44,654 nucleotides of DNA, from IMG/VR virus record IMGVR_UViG_3300045988_143597. The stretch is one strand, 5' to 3'. The stretch's first letter is position 1; every line of letters begins with the position of its first letter. Below, piece by piece: positions 39,910 through 44,654 of the stretch. Both the position numbers and the translations under genes were made by a program. The notes below the pieces were generated by a model, which saw only the letters and a list, made by a program, of their open reading frames with translations, did no database searches and was not told the origin of the DNA. This DNA comes from a virus.

Positions 39910-41046
39910 ATGGCAAGCATCCGCAAATACAAGACTGCCACCGGCACCGCGTGGCGGGTCCAATACCGATCACCGGATGGGCGCAGTCGTACAAAACAAG
40001 GGTTTCCCACCAAAGCCAAAGCAGAATCATGGGCCGCAGCAAACACCACCCAGATCGACGCAGGGGCATGGATCGACCCAAATGCAGGGAAAACCACCAT
40101 CGACCAACTATCCGAACAATGGCTAGCCACACAAACACGACTTAAACCAACCGTGCAACGCCTCAATGAAAGCTATTGGCGCGTACACATACAACCACAA
40201 TGGGGACGCCGACCGGCGTCCTCCATACGACCCTCCGAAGTGCAACAATGGATAAACAACATAGACCGCTCCCCTAGCGTCATTAAAGGCGCGCACGGGT
40301 GCTTAGCCCAAATCTTGGACATCGCCGTCAATGACAACATGATTCCAAGCAACCCTGCACGCCTAGCGAAACTGCCGAAAAAGAATAAAGCCGTCAAAGT
40401 GTATCTAACCATTGAGCAGCTTTACCGGTTGGCAGATGAGTCGAAGGTCTACAAAGATCTAGTTCTGTTGCTTGGAACTACGGGGCTTAGGTGGGGTGAA
40501 GCTATCGCACTACGTCCGTGTGATTTTGACCTATTGAAGCGCAGGATCAACGTCACACGCAATGCCACGCGCGCATCGGATGGGTTTGTGGTCGGGCCTC
40601 CGAAAACACATGAGCATCGTACTGTTGCGATAACGTCGCACGCCCTGGAGGTTCTACGGCCACGCATTGAGGCCACCGGTGCTGATGCATTGTTGTGGCA
40701 CGGCGCAGATGGCAATTTTTTGCGTCACGCGGGTAAAGAATCGTGGTTTGAGTATGCGGTGAGAAGGTGCCAGGACAGCGATCTGACGTTTCCACGGTTA
40801 ACGCCTCATGGTTTGAGGCATGTGGCGGCGGGGTTAATGGTATCTGCGGGGGCGAATGTGAAGGTTGTGCAGCGTCAACTTGGTCACGCATCGGCGGCTA
40901 TGACGTTGGATACATACGCGGATTTATTTGACGGGGACCTTGACGGTGTGGCCGATATTTTGGAGAAAAAGTTGAACGATTGTCGTGGGATTGTCGTGGG
41001 ATTGCCTGATAAAAGGTCTTCTAGCAGCTCGAAAAGTGCCGTCTAG
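39910..41046 (+). CDS. int: tyrosine integrase
   Basis: 378 aa. N-terminus MASIRKYKTATGTAWRVQYRSPDGRSRTK is an arm-binding domain. Catalytic region LLLGTTGLRWGEA...HGLRHVAAGL...LGHASAAMTLDTYADLF. Confidence 0.9.
   Translation: MASIRKYKTATGTAWRVQYRSPDGRSRTKQGFPTKAKAESWAAANTTQIDAGAWIDPNAGKTTIDQLSEQWLATQTRLKPTVQRLNESYWRVHIQPQWGRRPASSIRPSEVQQWINNIDRSPSVIKGAHGCLAQILDIAVNDNMIPSNPARLAKLPKKNKAVKVYLTIEQLYRLADESKVYKDLVLLLGTTGLRWGEAIALRPCDFDLLKRRINVTRNATRASDGFVVGPPKTHEHRTVAITSHALEVLRPRIEATGADALLWHGADGNFLRHAGKESWFEYAVRRCQDSDLTFPRLTPHGLRHVAAGLMVSAGANVKVVQRQLGHASAAMTLDTYADLFDGDLDGVADILEKKLNDCRGIVVGLPDKRSSSSSKSAV
40980..41004. repeat. 25-bp arm-type repeat (2 x TGTCGTGGGAT), copy 1, inside the int 3' end
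   Basis: ttgtcgtgggattgtcgtgggattg is identical to 41212-41236. Confidence 0.85.
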
Positions 41047-41071
41047 CTGGGATTTTATGGGAAATAAAAAA

Positions 41072-41096
41072 GCGCCCCCTGCAGGATTCGAACCTG
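41072..41096 (-). other. attP core candidate: copy of a tRNA 3' end (T-loop to discriminator)
   Basis: Minus strand: CAGG-TTCGAAT-CCTGC-AGGGGGC-G, 25 nt downstream of the int stop. tRNA identity stops within the T-stem, as expected for an att core. Confidence 0.7.
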
Positions 41097-41211
41097 TTTT
41101 TCGCTTTTTTGAAACGTGTGCCATAACCTGCAAAAACATGATCTAAGCTGCGTAAATAGTCGATTTTTCCACTGTCGGATTTATCCCGATTTGAACCTTT
41201 TTTAACCCCTT

Positions 41212-41236
41212 TTGTCGTGGGATTGTCGTGGGATTG
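41212..41236. repeat. 25-bp arm-type repeat, copy 2
   Basis: Identical to 40980-41004. The two copies flank the attP core in direct orientation. Confidence 0.85.
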
Positions 41237-41374
41237 GATGGCGGTTTGTGTCAGAACATCACGACCATGTCATATCTCACATTAAAAGGTGTCTATCCAA
41301 GTAGGCAATCTCCGTCTATCACGTTATAATTAAAGTGTAAGGAACAAAGAAACAACACCAACAAGGAGATCGCA

Positions 41375-42040
41375 ATGTTCACCCTCACCACCCCCACCGA
41401 CGTCTACACAGCACCCACCCTCGAAGGCCTCCGCACCCAAATCGTCGAAGAGTGGGCGAAGTACGGCACGAGCGACAATATCAACTTTGCAGACCAGGTG
41501 CACGCCGTGTTCCCCTCCGACCCCTCCGAGCTGGACGAAGACGAACAACTACCCCAGGTGCGCCCCCTCACCCCCGAGCTACTTGTTGAATTGGCAGCGT
41601 GGGCGCTCAGCGAGCACCCTAAGCACATCAAGCTTGAAACCGTGGACGCTCGCACCATTGAGGACGTTGCCGAGGTTGTCGCCGCTGAAACCGGTTGCGA
41701 GATTGAAGCTGCCCACGGGGTACTTGCAGACCTTGCCGGCCTACACGCCGCCCGTGGTGACCTGAGTATTGATCCGAACGACCTTACCCCACGCAAGGCG
41801 CTACTACTCAAGGCAGAAGCCGCGCTGATCATCTCTGAATCTCAAGCGGACAACGGGATCATCGGACAGTTGGAAGATGCACAACAGGTGCTAGAGCAAG
41901 CGGAACGCGCGGTGGTCGAGGCCCGCGACGCTAGGGACCGGGCGCTACGTTCCGCATCACGAGAGGGGGTGAGCGTTGCTCAGCTGCGTGCTGCGACGGG
42001 GTTGAGTCGACCTGCGGTGTACAAGATTTTGGGCAAATAA
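41375..42040 (+). CDS. hypothetical protein with C-terminal HTH (moron next to attP)
   Basis: 221 aa. RBS AAGGAG. TATAAT at about 41325-41330. C-terminus GVSVAQLRAATGLSRPAVYKILG. Confidence 0.65.
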   Translation: MFTLTTPTDVYTAPTLEGLRTQIVEEWAKYGTSDNINFADQVHAVFPSDPSELDEDEQLPQVRPLTPELLVELAAWALSEHPKHIKLETVDARTIEDVAEVVAAETGCEIEAAHGVLADLAGLHAARGDLSIDPNDLTPRKALLLKAEAALIISESQADNGIIGQLEDAQQVLEQAERAVVEARDARDRALRSASREGVSVAQLRAATGLSRPAVYKILGK

Positions 42041-42044
42041 AAAA

Positions 42045-42084
42045 GGCCCCCGGCGTGCAACAAATCATGTCACAGCCGGGGGTC
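42045..42084. terminator. bidirectional terminator between the moron and the lysis cassette
   Basis: CCCCCGGC-N20-GCCGGGGG. On the minus strand it is followed by CCTTTTTTATTT. Confidence 0.65.
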
Positions 42085-42088
42085 TTAG

Positions 42089-42493
42089 TTAATCTCGGGG
42101 TTCATCTCGCGGGCGGGTATCCCACCACTCAGGGAACGTTAAAAAATCAGGCGGGGGCCATGCTAAATCCTGGGAAATCAGCCAGCGCCCAACTCGACCT
42201 ACTTCTGCCGCCACATAGGTGTGATAGAGCTTTGCTTTTTCCAGCTCCACCTTAGTGTGGTGATGGGACTCTCGCTCAGCGGCCCATTCTGCCCGGAGTT
42301 TAATCATGTCCGCCTCCAAGCTTGTGAGCGTTTGCGCTTGACGGTCGAAGGCGTCTTGCTGGCTACTTATCAAGATTTCTAGCCGTTTGGTTTGCTCACC
42401 CTCAAGGCTGGAACGCCGGTTAAGCAAGGCTACAAGGAACCCGCCCAAAGCGCTCATGATGGCAACAACCACCGCGTCATTTAAGGGGGGCAC
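42089..42493 (-). CDS. membrane-anchored coiled-coil protein of the lysis cassette
   Basis: N-terminal TM helix VVVAIMSALGGFLVALL followed by a coiled coil. Last gene before the terminator. Confidence 0.55.
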   Translation of the reverse strand: MPPLNDAVVVAIMSALGGFLVALLNRRSSLEGEQTKRLEILISSQQDAFDRQAQTLTSLEADMIKLRAEWAAERESHHHTKVELEKAKLYHTYVAAEVGRVGRWLISQDLAWPPPDFLTFPEWWDTRPRDEPRD

Positions 42494-42872
42494 CTGGCAT
42501 CACCTTCTCCGCATTCGTCGCCATCACCATAATCGCCCCCGCAAGCATGAGGTAGTTCTTCACACTCACCCATGCCCGCGTCTGGTCCTCAAATAACCAT
42601 GCGGTGAAGTATCCGCCCGCTAACAGTAGGGTGAGGCTCATTGTGAGCGCTAGTCCGATTTGCCGGGGGTGGTAAAACCACTGCCCGGCAACAAGTAGGA
42701 CGGCTGCGAGTATCCACGCAGCGCCAAACACGTGCCCTGACGTAACACGACTAATTAAAGCTAGTTGTTCAGGCAAAGCCCCCAATGGGGGCAGATACGC
42801 AAGGCCGGTGGCAAAACACCAGGTAGCGAGGCCCGCGTGAGCTATCCGAGAGGTTGCTACGCGGGCACCCAT
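42477..42872 (-). CDS. polytopic membrane protein (holin-like / lysis accessory)
   Basis: 131 aa with about 4 hydrophobic helices. TAATG overlap with the holin stop. Confidence 0.55.
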   Translation of the reverse strand: MGARVATSRIAHAGLATWCFATGLAYLPPLGALPEQLALISRVTSGHVFGAAWILAAVLLVAGQWFYHPRQIGLALTMSLTLLLAGGYFTAWLFEDQTRAWVSVKNYLMLAGAIMVMATNAEKVMPGAPLK

Positions 42873-43183
42873 TAGCTATCTCCGAGCTTGCCGTGCATCT
42901 CTCGAAGGCGCGCTGCATATGCGGCGGTCGGATCGGTGACAGAATGCTTACCGCCGCCATCTGCATCACCTACCGCAGCCGCCTTAGGGGTGGGGCGAAT
43001 GTTCGCCAAGGCCAGCACAGACGCCGCCGTGGCAGCAATCGATGGCACACGATCAACCCACGAATTAAGCCCGTCAACATCAATCGCGCCGGTGACAATA
43101 CCGATCACTCCAACAATGCCCACAATGGCGTAAATCAGGGCACGCAGCACAGGGGTTTGGCTCAAAATGGAGAGCTTGTTCAT
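42872..43183 (-). CDS. holin
   Basis: 103 aa. Two TM helices (LRALIYAIVGIVGVIGIVTGAI and SIAATAASVLALANI) and a charged C-terminus. Directly after the endolysin. Confidence 0.65.
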   Translation of the reverse strand: MNKLSILSQTPVLRALIYAIVGIVGVIGIVTGAIDVDGLNSWVDRVPSIAATAASVLALANIRPTPKAAAVGDADGGGKHSVTDPTAAYAARLREMHGKLGDS

Positions 43184-43186
43184 GTT

Positions 43187-44614
43187 TTACTTTCCTTCCT
43201 TTTTAGTGTCGTAGCAGCCGGAAACATCGAGAGCTGCACCAATGGCGCCGATAGCGTCCACGAGGGTGCGACCACCCAGCTGCGGCCACCCGCTAAAAGC
43301 GGGTAGTCCGTCTCGTTCCTCATATCCAACCAGCTGGTCGAGAATAAGCTTGTCGATGTTCATAGTGTTCTCCTTCTTAGGATTAGCCGCCGCATAGGTG
43401 TAGCCCTTTGGCGGAATGAGTGTTGCAAGTTGGTCAAGGCTCAGCCAATACCCGTAGGGGCTGAAACCGCTGTCTGCGATCCAGACGGCACGCCCCTGCC
43501 CGTCATCGCGGTAGCCCATCGCGGCAAAGTAGTGATACACGACACCGCCCCGGTAGTTTGGGCTGGCGCTGCCATACACACCGCGGGGATAGTTCGACGG
43601 GGGTGCGACAATGTTGCACACAACGCCGTATCCAGCGTCAATGCTGTTGACGATGTCGGCCCATAGTTTGTCCCGCTGTTCAGGGGTCGGGGGATCGGTG
43701 GGCATTTCCACGGTGGTGTAGTTAGCCTCAGGTAGCCGGTTACGTAGCACGCGGGTAATCAGCCCGATGTAATCGGTGCCGTTAACCGTAGTGCCCAGCT
43801 CGTGGGCTAGAACAGCCTCATCAACTAGGACACCGGTAGCCGCCCTCACAATAGTTTGGGTGGACGCGGGGCCGCAGTTGTAGAACGTGTCCTGTGTGAC
43901 CTGGTCGCGGGGGTAGTCAAGAACTTTCTGTCCTCCACCAACCGGCGCGGGCGCGGGGGCGGGGGCGGGTGCACTGGCACCCTCAAACAGGGCGCGCAGT
44001 TCATCCACACTACCCCTGTAGGCGTTAACATCCACCCAATATCCAGCCACACGAGCGTTAGAGTTGAACTGCCACATAACAGGGGTCTGGTTACCCAGCG
44101 GGTAAGACCATTGCCTGTCATGGTCGCCGGGGTAAACATCAGCGGGGCTACCCTTGTCGTTACGCCCGTAAGCAGCGACCCATACGTGCCCAAATTGTGC
44201 CGTGGATGGCTCGCCACCAGCCATACCCTCCCAATAAGGCACGTAAGAATAAATGCCTAGGACGCGGATACCACGGTCTTCAAAGCACTGCTTAGCCCGC
44301 TGCACATGCTGCTCAGACAACCGAGTGGGGGTCTCGCAATCTAACCAGATAGGTAGGCGATGCTCCCCCATCACATCCACAGCGGTTGCCACCTGTTGCT
44401 CAATGCTCGTGCCCTCCGAAGGGTGACGTAGATAGTGGTAAGCCGCCAGGGGTAGGCCAGCGTTCTTACCGTCTTCTACATGGGAGCGATAGCACGAATC
44501 ACGATAGGTGCCGTCCGTGGTGCGAATGATGGCAAAGCTAATGCCTTCATCTCGTGCCCGCACAAGGCTCAGCCCATTTTGGTGCTCGGAAATATCAATT
44601 CCGAAAATCGTCAT
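43187..44614 (-). CDS. endolysin: GH25 muramidase + papain-like cysteine peptidase + C-terminal domain
   Basis: ATG 44614 preceded by GGAAAGGAGA. N-terminus MTIFGIDISEHQNG is GH25-like. (AP)5 linker. Peptidase motifs FYNCGPAST...YHYFAAMGY. Confidence 0.85.
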   Translation of the reverse strand: MTIFGIDISEHQNGLSLVRARDEGISFAIIRTTDGTYRDSCYRSHVEDGKNAGLPLAAYHYLRHPSEGTSIEQQVATAVDVMGEHRLPIWLDCETPTRLSEQHVQRAKQCFEDRGIRVLGIYSYVPYWEGMAGGEPSTAQFGHVWVAAYGRNDKGSPADVYPGDHDRQWSYPLGNQTPVMWQFNSNARVAGYWVDVNAYRGSVDELRALFEGASAPAPAPAPAPVGGGQKVLDYPRDQVTQDTFYNCGPASTQTIVRAATGVLVDEAVLAHELGTTVNGTDYIGLITRVLRNRLPEANYTTVEMPTDPPTPEQRDKLWADIVNSIDAGYGVVCNIVAPPSNYPRGVYGSASPNYRGGVVYHYFAAMGYRDDGQGRAVWIADSGFSPYGYWLSLDQLATLIPPKGYTYAAANPKKENTMNIDKLILDQLVGYEERDGLPAFSGWPQLGGRTLVDAIGAIGAALDVSGCYDTKKEGK

Positions 44615-44654
44615 AGTTTTTCTCCTTTCCGCCCAAAAATTGGGCATGAAAAAA
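44600..44654. repeat. second copy of the 55-bp terminal repeat
   Basis: Identical to 1-55. Confidence 0.95.

Noticed and set aside
39230-40126. 298-aa plus-strand ORF rich in Arg/Pro/His.
   Set aside because: It runs out of frame across the repressor 3' end, all of immA and the int 5' end, all of which have recognisable motifs in other frames. It is a by-product of A+C-rich, stop-poor sequence.

Overview
The window is a complete, circularly closed genome of a temperate siphovirus with actinobacterial-type organisation. Unique length is 44,599 bp, because the first and last 55 nt are identical. Most genes lie on the minus strand. The late operon runs 21.6 kb -> 0.1 kb: small basic protein, TerS, TerL, portal, MuF-like protein with a toxin-like C-terminus plus a small acidic partner, scaffold, decoration protein, major capsid, connectors, major tail, G/GT chaperones with a -1 frameshift, a ~2050-aa tape measure with two embedded wall-hydrolase domains, and four tail-tip/fibre proteins. 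It continues across the circular junction into the lysis cassette (44.6 -> 42.1 kb). The early operon runs 38.7 -> 24.4 kb: Cro-like HTH, small membrane proteins, Bro/Ant antirepressor, ERF recombinase, HNH, replication HTH protein, SSB, SNF2-helicase::methyltransferase fusion, RusA, dUTPase. Plus-strand units are an immR-immA-int-like lysogeny operon with attP on a tRNA 3' end (38.9-41.2 kb), a moron (41.4-42.0 kb) and an island of small acidic proteins (23.0-24.3 kb). The most unusual signal is a ~1.75-kb island (24.70-26.46 kb) whose plus strand is 85-100% G+T, including 136 consecutive nt without any A or C. All six frames are open there, yet it still encodes an intact HNH endonuclease and an HTH protein re-coded into Thr/Pro/His/Gln/Asn/Lys-rich sequence. 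A milder form of the same A+C enrichment of the coding strand appears in other early, lysogeny and moron genes, and its sign flips with gene orientation. Other points of interest: a MuF::EndoU-like toxin/immunity pair followed by a tRNA-like minihelix, extra tRNA 3'-end-like fragments, an antirepressor cassette bounded by diverged direct repeats, and a leaderless repressor promoter with a palindromic operator. No full tRNA or rRNA gene, CRISPR array or transposase was found.
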